DNA of 64,000 nucleotides from Opitutaceae bacterium (lineage in GTDB: Bacteria > Verrucomicrobiota > Verrucomicrobiia > Opitutales > Opitutaceae): assembly GCA_003151515.1 (NCBI GenBank), contig PLXS01000037.1, positions 71,978 to 135,977 on the forward strand, read 5' to 3'. Numbering within the stretch: the first letter of the stretch is position 1; each line of letters begins with the position of its first letter. The translations under genes and the position numbers were made by a program. Below the pieces are notes generated by a model. That model was not told where the DNA came from. It did no database searches and saw only the letters and a list, made by a program, of their open reading frames with translations. Shown here in pieces: positions 30,081 to 40,669 of this stretch.

Positions 30081-31183
30081 TCGTAGTAGAACACGAACGT
30101 GAGGTCCTGCGAGTTGCCGAGCATGGCGATCATGTCGTCGGTCCAGTCCCCGTAGGGCGCGGTCAGCGTAATCGCGCTCACGCAGCTCTGCTTTCCCTGC
30201 TCCGTCGACGTGCTCTCGACCTGGAGGATCTCCGTGATCTTGCCTTTCGAATCCAGCGTGAACTTCACGGTCACCGTTGTGCCGGACGGGGGCTCAGTGT
30301 GGCTGTCGATCAGGATCCGCTCCCATTGGGCCTGTATGGCCTCCATCATCTTGTGCAGGTATACGCCGTAGTTGCTCCACTTGGCGTCGTACGCGGCGAC
30401 GCCGATGTTGGCGGTCCCGATCGGGTTGTCGCGGAAAATGGCGGGCCGCGTCTGCTGGTGCTCGAGGCTGCGCCTCGCCTGCGGGTGGCGCGGGTCGATG
30501 ACGGGCTCGTTGTTCTGCCCGTCCACAAGCGCGTCGCTCGTGCCGTCGACCTTGTTCGGCACAGGCTTGGCCTGGTCCGGGACCTTGCCGATGTTGCTTC
30601 CGAAGCCCTCGTCGCCCTCCTTCGACTTCTCAAAGCCGCTGAGCGGGTTCTGCATGCGGCGCGCCGCCGCCTCCGCCTTGGCCGGATTAGGGACCGACTC
30701 CGGAATCGGCGGCGCGCTCTCCTGCGGCTTGGTCAGCTGGCCGCTGATCACCTGATTGGACTGGATGTCCTTCTTGCCCGTGAGCTGCGGGGTGTCGTTG
30801 TGGGCGTCGGCCTGCGGCTTCTCCTGGGCAAGCTGCGAGTTGCGGGAGCTGAAATTGTTGGTCCGGTCCGGGACGTTCTCGGGCGCGTTGGGGTTCGCCT
30901 CGACATATTTCGAGGGCGGCGCCGGCTTGGGCATCACCTTCTTGTTGAAGGCCTCCGGGGCGATCTCGATGTTGAAGTCGCGCGCCGCCATGTCCTTTCG
31001 CGCGACCAGGCTCGATGGCTGGGAGCGTAGGAAAACGGGCGCCAGCCCAAACAGCAGCAGGTGGACCACCAGGACGGCGAGCAGGCCGATGAGCACCGAG
31101 CGGGAGTCGTCGTCCTTCCACATGCGCACCGCCGCCCTCCTCATCGTCGCGATGGGTGTTGGGGGCGAGAGTACGTGGGTCAT
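30077..31183 (-). CDS. membrane-anchored Pro-rich protein with TonB-C-like domain
   Basis: It has a single TM segment 'VLIGLLAVLVVHLLLFGLAP', a long Pro/Lys-rich linker and a compact C-terminal domain. The start is 31183 or 31144. Confidence 0.5.
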   Translation of the reverse strand: MTHVLSPPTPIATMRRAAVRMWKDDDSRSVLIGLLAVLVVHLLLFGLAPVFLRSQPSSLVARKDMAARDFNIEIAPEAFNKKVMPKPAPPSKYVEANPNAPENVPDRTNNFSSRNSQLAQEKPQADAHNDTPQLTGKKDIQSNQVISGQLTKPQESAPPIPESVPNPAKAEAAARRMQNPLSGFEKSKEGDEGFGSNIGKVPDQAKPVPNKVDGTSDALVDGQNNEPVIDPRHPQARRSLEHQQTRPAIFRDNPIGTANIGVAAYDAKWSNYGVYLHKMMEAIQAQWERILIDSHTEPPSGTTVTVKFTLDSKGKITEILQVESTSTEQGKQSCVSAITLTAPYGDWTDDMIAMLGNSQDLTFVFYYE

Positions 31184-31220
31184 GGGCTGCGGCGGCGGTG
31201 GACGCGTCGAAAGGTGCGAG

Positions 31221-31802
31221 CTAACCCGATAGGACGCCACCCGTCAAAATTTGTTTCGTTGCCTCCATGGGAAGGCCCATGATGTTCGTGAACGAGCCGC
31301 TATACCGCGCCAGTATCATATCCGTGTGATCCTGAATGGAATAGGCTCCAGCCTTGTCGAGGGTGTTGACGAGCGCGATGTACCTCTCGATCAGCTCCTC
31401 CCCTAGCGGCTTGAATTCGACCTGGCTGGAGACGCCCTGATCAATCTTGAGTCCCCTTGATAGGCGCCGAACCGCAAGCCCCGTGAAGACGGTGTGCTCG
31501 CGATCCGAGAGCCTGCGCAGCATGGCGCGGGCCTCGTCCAGGTCCCTGGGCTTGTTTATCGCGTGCCCGTCAAGGAACACGGTCGTGTCGGCGCCCAGGA
31601 CGACGGCGTCGGGGTGGCGTTCGGCGACCCAGTCCGCCTTCAAGGCGGCATTGTGGGCCACCATCACCCGCGGGTCGGTTGTGGGGTCCTCGTGCTCGGT
31701 CACCTGCGCGACGACAACGTCGAATGGAACGCCGAGGCGCGAGAGGAGCTCGCGGCGGCGGGGCGACGCCGATGCAAGTATTAGGCGTATGGGCTCTGGC
31801 AT
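31221..31802 (-). CDS. maf: Maf family nucleoside triphosphate pyrophosphatase
   Basis: The ATG at 31802 gives '[20 protein letters not shown]'. 'GADTTV' and 'KAGAYSIQ' are also present. Confidence 0.9.
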   Translation of the reverse strand: MPEPIRLILASASPRRRELLSRLGVPFDVVVAQVTEHEDPTTDPRVMVAHNAALKADWVAERHPDAVVLGADTTVFLDGHAINKPRDLDEARAMLRRLSDREHTVFTGLAVRRLSRGLKIDQGVSSQVEFKPLGEELIERYIALVNTLDKAGAYSIQDHTDMILARYSGSFTNIMGLPMEATKQILTGGVLSG

Positions 31803-31883
31803 GCGCGGGACGGATATGAAGCTGCCGAAAATGTTGAAAGCAAACCCATTGGCGTCCATGGTTATCCTTTGCATCCTTCGAGA

Positions 31884-33545
31884 ATGCGACTCGGCCTTGC
31901 ACAGATAAATACGACCGTCGGAGACCTTGCTGGCAACCGCCGGCGGGTCCTGAGCGCCTATGAGGAGCTCGTGAGGCGCGGCGCCGAGCTGGTCGTCTTC
32001 CCGGAGCTCGTGACCTGCGGCTATCCGCCCCGGGACCTGCTATTCAAGCGCCACTTCGTGGCGGACACGCAGGAGTCGTTGCGGGCCATAGCCGCCGCGG
32101 TCGGCGAGATCCCAGCCCTGGTGGGCACCGTGGAGGCGAACACGAGCGGCGCGGGGCGGCCGTACCACAACACGGCGGCGTTCTGCCACCGCGGCAGGGT
32201 CGCGGCGCTGGCCAACAAGTGCCTGCTTCCCACCTACGACGTCTTCGACGAGGACAGGTACTTCGAGCCCGCGTCGCACCCGACGGTGATCGTGCACGCC
32301 GGCGCCCGCATCGGCGTCACCATCTGCGAGGACATCTGGACGCACCCGATGATCAGCACGCGTCGCCTCTACAACGGGATGGACCCGGTCAAGCAGCTGG
32401 CCGCCCAGAAATGCGACCTGATGGTCAACCTGTCGGCGAGCCCCTGGAACCACGGCAAGAGCCTGGTGAGGCAGACCCTGGTCACCGACGCGGCGCGGGC
32501 CCTCGCCTGCCCGGTCGCCTATGTGAACGCCGTCGGCGGCAACGACGAGCTCATCTTTGACGGACGCTCCCTCGTCAGCGGCGCCGACGGGCGCGTCCAG
32601 GCGGGCATGGCCGCGTTCGCGGAAGACCTCGCGGTGGCCGACACGGGCCCGGCGCAGCCCGCGCTCCACCCGACCTTCGAGCAGCCGGAGATGGCGGACA
32701 TCCACGCCGCGCTGACGCTCGGCCTGCGCGACTACGCACACAAGAGCGGCTTCAGGACCGCCCTTGTCGCGCTCTCCGGGGGCATCGACTCGGCCGTCGT
32801 CGGCGCCATCGCGGCCGCCGCGTTCGGCCAGCAGAACGTGATCGGCGTCTCGCTGCCGTCGATCATATCCTCGGAGCACTCGCGCGCCGACGCGCGCGAG
32901 CTCGCGGCGAACCTGGGCATCCGCTTCGAGACGATCGCCATCGCCGACGCCGTCGCCTCCTGCGAGGCGGCGCTTGCCCCGCTGTTCCGGGGGCGCGCCC
33001 GCGACGTCACCGAGGAGAACATCCAGGCGCGCGTGCGCGGCGTCCTCATGATGGCAATCTCCAATAAGTTCGGCGCGCTTCTGCTCACCACCGGAAACAA
33101 GAGCGAGATGGCGGTCGGATACTGCACCCTTTACGGCGACATGTGCGGCGGCCTGGCGGTCATCTCCGACGTATTCAAGACCCAGGTCTACGCGCTCGCC
33201 AACTGGATCAACTCTGACGCCAAGAGGGCCGGCAGGACGCCTCCCATACCGCAGTCGAGCATCGACAAGCTCCCGAGCGCCGAGCTGCGCCCGAACCAGA
33301 CGGACCAGGACAGCCTGCCCCCGTACGACGTCCTCGACGCCGTCCTCAAGGGCTACGTCGAGGAGGGGCTCTCGCGGCGCGACCTCGTGGCCCAGGGCTT
33401 CGCCGACGCGGTCGTCGCCGACGTGATCCGCAAGGTCGACCTGAACGAGTACAAGCGCAAGCAGGCGGCGCCGGGCCTGAAGATAACGCCGCTTGCCTTC
33501 GGCGTCGGGCGGCGCATCCCCATAGTGCAGAAATACATCAACTGA
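31884..33545 (+). CDS. nadE: glutamine-dependent NAD+ synthase
   Basis: It has an N-terminal nitrilase (CN-hydrolase) domain ('ELVVFPEL...ICEDIW') and a C-terminal synthetase domain ('LSGGIDSAV...[17 protein letters not shown]'). Confidence 0.95.
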   Translation: MRLGLAQINTTVGDLAGNRRRVLSAYEELVRRGAELVVFPELVTCGYPPRDLLFKRHFVADTQESLRAIAAAVGEIPALVGTVEANTSGAGRPYHNTAAFCHRGRVAALANKCLLPTYDVFDEDRYFEPASHPTVIVHAGARIGVTICEDIWTHPMISTRRLYNGMDPVKQLAAQKCDLMVNLSASPWNHGKSLVRQTLVTDAARALACPVAYVNAVGGNDELIFDGRSLVSGADGRVQAGMAAFAEDLAVADTGPAQPALHPTFEQPEMADIHAALTLGLRDYAHKSGFRTALVALSGGIDSAVVGAIAAAAFGQQNVIGVSLPSIISSEHSRADARELAANLGIRFETIAIADAVASCEAALAPLFRGRARDVTEENIQARVRGVLMMAISNKFGALLLTTGNKSEMAVGYCTLYGDMCGGLAVISDVFKTQVYALANWINSDAKRAGRTPPIPQSSIDKLPSAELRPNQTDQDSLPPYDVLDAVLKGYVEEGLSRRDLVAQGFADAVVADVIRKVDLNEYKRKQAAPGLKITPLAFGVGRRIPIVQKYIN

Positions 33546-34822
33546 TGGACTCCTCCGAAACGCTGTTCGCGCGCGCCCTGGAGCTGATCCCGGGCGGCGT
33601 CAACTCGCCCGTGCGCGCCTTCCGCTCGGTCGGCGGCGCGCCCTTCTTTGTGAAGTCCGCGCGGGGCGCAACGCTCGTGACCGCGGAGGGGCGAGAGCTC
33701 ATCGATTTTGTCTGCACCTGGGGACCCGCGATCCACGGCCACAACCACCCGCGCATCAAGGCCGCGATCGCCGCGGCCCTCGAGAACGGCACGAGCTTCG
33801 GCACCCCCAACCTGTACGAGGTGCGCATGGCGGAGCTGATCCACAGGCTCGTGCCCTCGGTGGAGAAGGTGCGCATGTGCAACAGCGGGACCGAGGCGAC
33901 CATGTCCGCGGTCCGGCTGGCCCGCGGCTTCACGGGCCGCGACAAGATCATCAAGTTCTCCGGCTGCTACCACGGGCACTCGGACTCGCTCCTCATCAAG
34001 GCCGGCTCGGGCGCCCTGACGCACGGCCACCCCGACAGCGCGGGCGTCCCCGAGGCGTTCGCGCGCGAGACGGTGGTTCTTCCCTTCAACGACCCGGCCG
34101 CGCTCGACGCGGCCTTCGCGGCCAACCCGGGAGGGATCGCCGCGGTCATCCTCGAGCCCTATCCGGCCAACGTGGGGCTCATCCTGCCGCAGCCGGGGTT
34201 CCTGCGTCACGTGCGCGAGGCGACGAAGAAGGCCGGCGCGCTTCTCATCTTCGACGAGGTCATGACCGGCTTCCGCCTCGCCCGTGGGGGCGTCCAGGAG
34301 ATCGAGGGCATCGTGCCCGACCTGACGGCCCTTGGGAAGATCATCGGCGGCGGCCTGCCCGTCGGCGCGTTCGGCGGACGCAGGGACGTCATGGACAGGA
34401 TCGCCCCGCTCGGGCCCGTGTACCAGGCCGGCACGCTGAGCGGCAACCCGCTCGCGATGGCCGCGGGCATCGCGGCGCTGGAGCTTCTGGAGGAGACGAT
34501 GCCCTACGCCCGGCTCGAGGCCCTCGGCAGGCGCGTGCGCGACGCCATCCTCGGAGCGTGCCGATCCAAGGGCATCGCGGCGCAGGTCCCGCAGACGGGC
34601 TCCATGTTCTGCGTCTTCTTCACGCCGACGCCCGTGCGCGACTACGAGAGCGCGATCGCCGGGGACTCGAAGCTCTTCGCGCGCTTCTTCCACGGCTGCC
34701 TGAGGGAAGGCGTCTACCTCCCGCCCAGCGCCTACGAGACCGCCTTCATCAGCACGGCGCACGAGGGCTCCGCGATCGACCGGGCGTGCGAGGTCATGGA
34801 CTCCGTGCTGCGCGGGCTCTGA
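33545..34822 (+). CDS. hemL: glutamate-1-semialdehyde 2,1-aminomutase
   Basis: 425 aa, with '[12 protein letters not shown]', 'FDEVMTGFR' and '[16 protein letters not shown]'. Confidence 0.95.
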   Translation: MDSSETLFARALELIPGGVNSPVRAFRSVGGAPFFVKSARGATLVTAEGRELIDFVCTWGPAIHGHNHPRIKAAIAAALENGTSFGTPNLYEVRMAELIHRLVPSVEKVRMCNSGTEATMSAVRLARGFTGRDKIIKFSGCYHGHSDSLLIKAGSGALTHGHPDSAGVPEAFARETVVLPFNDPAALDAAFAANPGGIAAVILEPYPANVGLILPQPGFLRHVREATKKAGALLIFDEVMTGFRLARGGVQEIEGIVPDLTALGKIIGGGLPVGAFGGRRDVMDRIAPLGPVYQAGTLSGNPLAMAAGIAALELLEETMPYARLEALGRRVRDAILGACRSKGIAAQVPQTGSMFCVFFTPTPVRDYESAIAGDSKLFARFFHGCLREGVYLPPSAYETAFISTAHEGSAIDRACEVMDSVLRGL

Positions 34823-34833
34823 GCGGGAAGCCG

Positions 34834-36627
34834 ATGCCCACGAATGCTCCACTGCCAGGGTGCCCCGCGGCGGGCCGCGGGCTCCTCGCCCTCCTCGCCG
34901 CGGCGTTCGCCTGCGCCGCCCGGGCCCAGCCCGCCTCGGGCGACACCCTCGCCCTGGGCGACGTGCGCGCCGGCCAGCACGGCGAGGTCTGGACGGTGTT
35001 CCAGGGCACGAAGCCCGAGCCCTTCTCGGTCGAGGTGACGGGCGTCGTGCTCAACGCCCTCGGGCCGGGCAAGTCGATAATCCTCTGCAGGCTCACGGAC
35101 CCGAGGGTCCAGAACATGGGGGCGGTCGCGGGGATGAGCGGCAGCCCCCTGTACATCGACGGGAAGTTCGCGGGGGCGCTCAGCTACCAGGTGCAGCAGT
35201 TCGAGACCGTCCGCTACGCGGGCTTCACGCCGGCAGCCGACATGGAGGAGGTGGCGGGCCGCGTCGGCGGGACGGCCGCGACGGATTCGCCCCAGGCGCC
35301 CGCGCAGGCGCCGGCGCCGCAGTCGGCGTTCCAGGCGATGAAGCCCGTGTTCGCGCTGGGAGGAGTGTCGCCGAGGACCGCCGGGATCATGGCGGCGCAG
35401 TTCGAGTCCCTGGGCCTCGGCGTCGTGTCCATGGGCGGCAGCAGCCAGGGCCCCGGCTCGGAGCCGTCCCTCCCCCCGGACGCGGCGCTTCCCGGCTTGA
35501 GGCCGGGCGACGCCGTGTCGGTTGCCCTGACGACGGGCGACATAACACTCGCGGGAACGGGCACCGTGTCGCGCGTCGACGGAAACCGAATCGTGGCCTT
35601 CGGGCACCCCATGCTCGGCCTGGGCGACGTCCAGTACCCGCTGTGCGCGGCCGACGTCGTCGCTATCCTTCCCTCCAACCTTCAGTCGGTCAAGGTGGCC
35701 AACATCGGGCCCGTGATCGGGTGCATCAGCCAGGACCGGCTGTCGGCGGTCTCGGGGCTCCTCGGCCCGGGGCCAGAGATGATCGACGTCGGAGTCGTCG
35801 CCCGGCAGGCCGGCGAGGCGAAGGAGCGCGCCATCCGCTTCCAGGTCGTGCGCGACAGGCGCATCGCGCCGATGATCATGCTTACCGGAGTCGTCGAGGG
35901 CGTGTTCGGCTCCAACGACAACGGCCCGAGCGAGGGGGTCCGCATCACGAGCACCGTCACCTTCTCCCCCACCCGCTCGATCACGAGGGCCTCGGTCTTC
36001 GCGGGCCAGCAGGGGTTCCTCGCGGGCATGGTGGATTTCCTGGCCGGCCTGAACGCCGAGATCCAGAACCCGTTCGAGAACACGGTGCCGGCGAGCGTAA
36101 GCTTCCGCGTCGAGCAGCTCGGGCGCAACCCCGCCGTGACGGTCGAGCAGTTCCGGGTGTCGAGGACGACGGTGCGCGCGGGTGAGTCGTTCGATGTGCT
36201 CATCGCTTGGCGGGATTTCCAGGGCGCGCACAGCGAGACCATCGTCACGGTGCCCGTTCTCCCGTCCTGGGCCGGGAAGACTCTCGAGGTCGTCGCCGCG
36301 CCCGGGCGCGTGCTCGACGAGCTCACGGGCCACAGCCGCATGTTCCGCGCGGGCCAGCTGCGCAGCTTCGACGCCTACCTCGACGCGATGCGGGGCAGCC
36401 GGCCCGAGGACGGGCTGTGCGTGTGCGTGATCGAGAAGTCCGCGCTCTTCTTCGACCAGGAGGTCGCCACCCCGGAGGTCCCCGCCTCGATCCAGAGGAT
36501 CGCCGAATCCGCCGACTCGACCCGCTACCAGAGGCGCGAGGCCGCCGTTTCCCTGTGGGAGACGTGCATCCTCGAGGGCAAAGTTGCGCTTAGCGACTTC
36601 CACAGCACCGTGCGCGTCGAGGAATAA
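34834..36627 (+). CDS. secreted S55 (SpoIVB-type) serine peptidase homologue
   Basis: The ATG at 34834 gives a signal peptide. 'VAGMSGSPLYIDGKFAGALSY' parallels the SpoIVB catalytic-serine motif GMSGSP. The upstream part of the 916-aa ORF overlaps hemL in a different reading frame. Confidence 0.7.
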   Translation: MPTNAPLPGCPAAGRGLLALLAAAFACAARAQPASGDTLALGDVRAGQHGEVWTVFQGTKPEPFSVEVTGVVLNALGPGKSIILCRLTDPRVQNMGAVAGMSGSPLYIDGKFAGALSYQVQQFETVRYAGFTPAADMEEVAGRVGGTAATDSPQAPAQAPAPQSAFQAMKPVFALGGVSPRTAGIMAAQFESLGLGVVSMGGSSQGPGSEPSLPPDAALPGLRPGDAVSVALTTGDITLAGTGTVSRVDGNRIVAFGHPMLGLGDVQYPLCAADVVAILPSNLQSVKVANIGPVIGCISQDRLSAVSGLLGPGPEMIDVGVVARQAGEAKERAIRFQVVRDRRIAPMIMLTGVVEGVFGSNDNGPSEGVRITSTVTFSPTRSITRASVFAGQQGFLAGMVDFLAGLNAEIQNPFENTVPASVSFRVEQLGRNPAVTVEQFRVSRTTVRAGESFDVLIAWRDFQGAHSETIVTVPVLPSWAGKTLEVVAAPGRVLDELTGHSRMFRAGQLRSFDAYLDAMRGSRPEDGLCVCVIEKSALFFDQEVATPEVPASIQRIAESADSTRYQRREAAVSLWETCILEGKVALSDFHSTVRVEE

Positions 36628-36639
36628 CCCCCGGTTTCC

Positions 36640-38982
36640 ATGTCCAATTCCAGAATCCCAAGGCTTGCCTCCATCCATCTCGCGCTCGCCCTCGCCGCGG
36701 CGGGCACCCTGCGGGCCGACCCCCTCTCGAAGAAGGCGGACATCGACTTCTACCGCGACGTCTCAAGCCGCGACCTGAGCGGCCTGGCGACCCGCTCCGA
36801 CGGCCGCCTCGTGGGCGGCCCCGCCTTCAGGGATCTCGCGGGTCCGGGGGTCGGCGAGCTGCTGTGGTGCCTCGAGGCAGCGCCGGGAGGCAAGTGGCTC
36901 GTGGGCTGCGGGCCCTTGGGCTCCGTCTCCGAGGTCGCCGTCGACGCCGCGGCGGGCACCTACGCGGCCCGCACTGTCGTCAAGCTCGGGGACCGCCAGG
37001 TGTACGCCCTCAAGGCGCTTCCCGGCGGCTCGATCCTCGCGGGCACAGCTCCGGAGGCGGGCCTCTACCTCATCAGGGACGGCAAGGTGGCCGCACGCCT
37101 GGGGCTGCCCGCCGACGCGATCTACGACATCATCCTCATCGACGACGCCAAGGCGGCTCTTGTCGCCACGGGTAATCCCGGCCGCATCTACAAAGTCGAC
37201 CTGGCAAAGTTCGCCTCGTCCGGCGTGTCGCAGGAGCGCGCGAAGGACGCCAAGGCGCTTGAGCAGCGCGGCGCGACGCTCTTCGGCGAGGCGAGCGACC
37301 GCAACCTGCGCCGCTTGGCGAGGCTGTCCGACGGGAGGATCGCCGCGGGGTCGGCGCCAAAGGGCAACATCTACCTCTTCGGCGCCGGCGGCGGCGCCCC
37401 GTTCATAGCCGAGGAGAACCACGACGCGGAGGTGACGGACCTGCTCGCCGACGCCAGGGGCGGGTTTTTCGCAGCGATCGTCCACTCCGGGGGCGAGATC
37501 CACCCGGTGCAGGCGAGCGCCCAGGCCGCGGCCCCCGCGGAGCCCTCCGTGACCGTCGTGGAGGGAGCCCCGACGCCGAACCCCAACCCCAACCCGCCGG
37601 CGATGCCGAACGCCCAGAGCGCGAAGCCCAAGTTCAACACGGCCGAGATCCTGAACGCCCCGTTGCAGGTCGAGCATTTCCAGGGCCGCAGCAGCCTGCA
37701 GCGCTTCGGCGCCGACGGGTTCTCGGAGACCCTTGTCACGCGCCAGGGCGTCGCGTTCTACAGGATGTGCCTGAAGGGCGACCTGCTTCTGATCTCGGGG
37801 GGCGAGCAGGGGGAGATGTCGGGCTACGATTTGAAGGGACGCCTCTCGCTTACGTTCGCCGGCAGCACGTCCTCGCAGGTGAACGCCATCGAGCCCGTGC
37901 CGGGTGCGCCGGGCAGGTTCCTCGTGATCCGAAACAACGCGCCGGGGCTCGCCCTCCTCGATTTCGACTCCCCCTCGCCCCGCACGGCGCAGACAAAGCG
38001 CGTGGACCTCGGCGCGCAGGCGCGGATTGGGGCCTTGAGGTTCAACCGGCTGAGGGACGCCGATCCGTCGCAGGTCTCGGTGTCGATCCGCACGACCAAC
38101 GCCGCGAACGAGACGGACGGCTGGAGCCCGTGGGCCGCGATGGCCAACGCCGACGGCTGGAGGGCCCAGGTGCCCGCGGGGCGATACGTCGAGCTGAGCC
38201 TTTCGCTGCCCGCCGCCTCGAGTGCGGCCCTGCAGCTTGACAAGGCCTCGCTCTACTACCTCACGCAGAACCATCGGCCCCAGCTCCAGGACTTCCGGCT
38301 CCTGTCGCCCAACTTCGCGATCGTCGTGCCGCCCGAGACGCCGACTTCCGTGACGACGACGGTGGGCCAGCTCCTGCAGTCGGGCGAGCACGACGGCGGC
38401 CGCAAGGCCAACCTCAACTCGAGCCAGGTTTACTCCGCGCCCGGCACAAGGGTGGCCTTCTGGACGGTGACCGATCCCGACGGCGACAACCTGCTCTACA
38501 CTTTCTCCATCCGCCACGACGGCGACACGGAGTGGACGGACATCGCCGTGGACAGCAAGGACTCCTACGTGCAGTTCGACACGCTGCACCTGCGCGAGGG
38601 CACGTGGTTCACGCGCCTGGTGGCCAGGGAGGCGGCCCCGAGGCCAGCCCCGGAGCGCCTGTCCGTGGAATTCGAGACGGACGACATGGTCGTCGACCAC
38701 ACGCCTCCCGAGATCGAGGAGGCCTCGGTGCGGCGCGAGGCGGGCCAGGTTGTCGTGACCGTCAGGGGCCGCGACGCGCTGTCCCTGCTGGACGGGGCCG
38801 AGTTCACCTTCAACAACGGCGTCCACGAGGAGGTCGAGCAGCCCGCCGACGGGATCCTCGACGGCATGGAGGAGACCTTTGTCCTGGAGCTGCCGGCGGC
38901 CCGGCTCGCCGGGGCGACCTCGGTCGAGGTGACGCTCTACGACTCCGCGGGAAACGGCGCCACCCGCCGGCTGGGGCTCTAG
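36640..38982 (+). CDS. large secreted protein, uncharacterised (beta-propeller-like repeats)
   Basis: 780 aa with signal peptide 'ASIHLALALAAAGTLRA'. It starts 12 nt after the S55 gene, and no catalytic motif was recognised. Confidence 0.6.
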   Translation: MSNSRIPRLASIHLALALAAAGTLRADPLSKKADIDFYRDVSSRDLSGLATRSDGRLVGGPAFRDLAGPGVGELLWCLEAAPGGKWLVGCGPLGSVSEVAVDAAAGTYAARTVVKLGDRQVYALKALPGGSILAGTAPEAGLYLIRDGKVAARLGLPADAIYDIILIDDAKAALVATGNPGRIYKVDLAKFASSGVSQERAKDAKALEQRGATLFGEASDRNLRRLARLSDGRIAAGSAPKGNIYLFGAGGGAPFIAEENHDAEVTDLLADARGGFFAAIVHSGGEIHPVQASAQAAAPAEPSVTVVEGAPTPNPNPNPPAMPNAQSAKPKFNTAEILNAPLQVEHFQGRSSLQRFGADGFSETLVTRQGVAFYRMCLKGDLLLISGGEQGEMSGYDLKGRLSLTFAGSTSSQVNAIEPVPGAPGRFLVIRNNAPGLALLDFDSPSPRTAQTKRVDLGAQARIGALRFNRLRDADPSQVSVSIRTTNAANETDGWSPWAAMANADGWRAQVPAGRYVELSLSLPAASSAALQLDKASLYYLTQNHRPQLQDFRLLSPNFAIVVPPETPTSVTTTVGQLLQSGEHDGGRKANLNSSQVYSAPGTRVAFWTVTDPDGDNLLYTFSIRHDGDTEWTDIAVDSKDSYVQFDTLHLREGTWFTRLVAREAAPRPAPERLSVEFETDDMVVDHTPPEIEEASVRREAGQVVVTVRGRDALSLLDGAEFTFNNGVHEEVEQPADGILDGMEETFVLELPAARLAGATSVEVTLYDSAGNGATRRLGL

Positions 38983-38996
38983 GGGACGCGCCGCCC

Positions 38997-39947
38997 TCAG
39001 GCCCGGGGATGGGCCTTGGCGTACACGTCCTTCAGGCGCGCGATGCTAACGTGGGTGTAGACCTGCGTGGTCACGAGGTGGGAGTGGCCGAGGAGCTCCT
39101 GGACGATGCGCAGGTCGGCGCCCGCGTTCAACAGGTGGGTCGCGTAGGAATGGCGCAGCTTGTGCGGCGTCAGGTCGAGCGGCAGCCCGGCAACGCCCAG
39201 GTGGCGCTTGAACATGAGCTGGACCGCGCGCACCGTCATGCGTCCGCCATCCGCGTTGCAGAGCACCGGATCCGAGGGCCCCGTCCGCGGCGCAAACTCG
39301 CCCCGGAACTTGCGCAGCACCGCGCACGCGACCTTCCCAAGCGGGCAGACCCTCTCCTTGCGCCCCTTTCCCATCACGCGCGCCACGCCCTCGTCAAGGT
39401 CGACCGCGCCGTGGTCAAGTCCCACGAGCTCGCTCACGCGAAGGCCGGCGCCGTAGAGCAGCTCCATCGCGAGCCTGTCGCGCCAGGCGGTGAACGCGTC
39501 GCATCCCCCGGCCTCTAGCAGGCGCTGGGGGCTCGCCAGGAGCGTCTTTACCTGCTCCTCGGTGAGGAACTGCGGCAGCCTCTTCTCGAGCTTCGGAAGC
39601 GGCGCCGCCGAGAACGGGTTCACCTTCAGCCGCCCCTTCCTCATCCAGAACTTGCACAGGGCGCGAAGCCCCGAGACGTGGTTGTGCAGCGTACGTCGCC
39701 CGTAGCGGCGCTGGGCCTCGATGACGAAGTCCCTGATCTCCCGGGGGCCCAGGGAGCCGATGCCCCTGGCCCAGAGCCCGGACGACGCGAGCCAGCGGTA
39801 GAAGTCCTCGAAGGCCGCGCGGTAGTTGCGCACCGTGTAGCTCGAGCACCTTCGCTCGTGCTCCAGGTGCTCGCCGAAAGGGGCCCACCACGAGCTCAGG
39901 ACCGGCTCAGGCGTGGGCTGGGGCTTGCTGGGCTTGTCCTTCGACAT
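38997..39947 (-). CDS. xerC: tyrosine recombinase XerC/XerD
   Basis: It has 'LRVSELVGL', 'HKLRHSYATHLL' and 'LGHSHLVTTQVYTHV' (the R..HxxR..Y catalytic set). The start at 39947 is preferred. Confidence 0.85.
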   Translation of the reverse strand: MSKDKPSKPQPTPEPVLSSWWAPFGEHLEHERRCSSYTVRNYRAAFEDFYRWLASSGLWARGIGSLGPREIRDFVIEAQRRYGRRTLHNHVSGLRALCKFWMRKGRLKVNPFSAAPLPKLEKRLPQFLTEEQVKTLLASPQRLLEAGGCDAFTAWRDRLAMELLYGAGLRVSELVGLDHGAVDLDEGVARVMGKGRKERVCPLGKVACAVLRKFRGEFAPRTGPSDPVLCNADGGRMTVRAVQLMFKRHLGVAGLPLDLTPHKLRHSYATHLLNAGADLRIVQELLGHSHLVTTQVYTHVSIARLKDVYAKAHPRA

Positions 39948-40584
39948 GGCGCATGAGCCGGTCGGAGTGCTGGCGCAGGGCACCCTCGGGATCGAGGCCC
40001 CTCGACTGCGCCGCGGCGGCGAGCTCGAAGAGCATCCGGCCGAGCTGCGCCGCGTCGAGCCCCTGCGCCAGGGCCGACACCCTGGCCCGGTCGACGCCGG
40101 AGGCGGCCTCCAGGCCCTTCTTCGCCGTCTGCTTCCAGACGGCCTCCGCGTACATGAGGGCGGGCAGGCGCGGCGGCATCTCCTTGAACAGGCGGGGGGC
40201 GCCGGCGCCCCGGGCCTTCTTCTCCCCAGCCTTGATCTGCTCCCACTGGGTTAGCACCTGCTCGCAGGTCTCCAGCCTGCCCTCCCCGAACACATGGGGG
40301 TGGCGGCGCACAAGCTTCTCGTTCACCTCGCGCGCGACGTCCTCCAGGCCGAAGAGCCCCGCCTCCTGCGCCAGCTGCGCGTGGAAGATCACCTGGATCA
40401 AGACGTCGCCCAGCTCCTCGCGCATGTGGGGCATGTCGAGGCGGTCGATCGTGTCCAGGAGCTCGCTGCACTCGTCGACCAGGCAGCGGGCGAGGCTCTG
40501 GTGGGTCTGCTCCTGGTCCCACGGGCAGCCCCCCGGCCCGCGCAGCCGAGCGATGGTGTCGCGAAGCTCGTCGATGGCGCTCAT
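39907..40584 (-). CDS. mazG: nucleoside triphosphate pyrophosphohydrolase MazG
   Basis: The ATG at 40584 gives 'MSAIDELRDTIARLRGPGGCPWDQEQTHQSL...EELGDVL', the MazG signature. Confidence 0.9.
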   Translation of the reverse strand: MSAIDELRDTIARLRGPGGCPWDQEQTHQSLARCLVDECSELLDTIDRLDMPHMREELGDVLIQVIFHAQLAQEAGLFGLEDVAREVNEKLVRRHPHVFGEGRLETCEQVLTQWEQIKAGEKKARGAGAPRLFKEMPPRLPALMYAEAVWKQTAKKGLEAASGVDRARVSALAQGLDAAQLGRMLFELAAAAQSRGLDPEGALRQHSDRLMRHVEGQAQQAPAHA

Positions 40585-40669
40585 TGCGCGAGAGGATGGG
40601 CCCCTTTTGCGTGCCGTGACAAGGATTCTGGTCTGGTTTTCGTCCGCGGGGTGCTGTTTCGTTGATGGC

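Noticed and set aside
37561-37600. Short Pro-Asn repeat coding stretch (PTPNPNPNPP) inside the 780-aa protein.
   Set aside because: It is a low-complexity linker within a coding region. It is not a DNA-level tandem array, CRISPR or contingency locus.
38997-39947. Tyrosine recombinase as the integrase of a mobile element.
   Set aside because: The sequence pattern and length fit housekeeping XerC/XerD. The gene is embedded among core genes (mazG, trpC, rsmA), with no flanking repeats, compositional shift or cargo genes.
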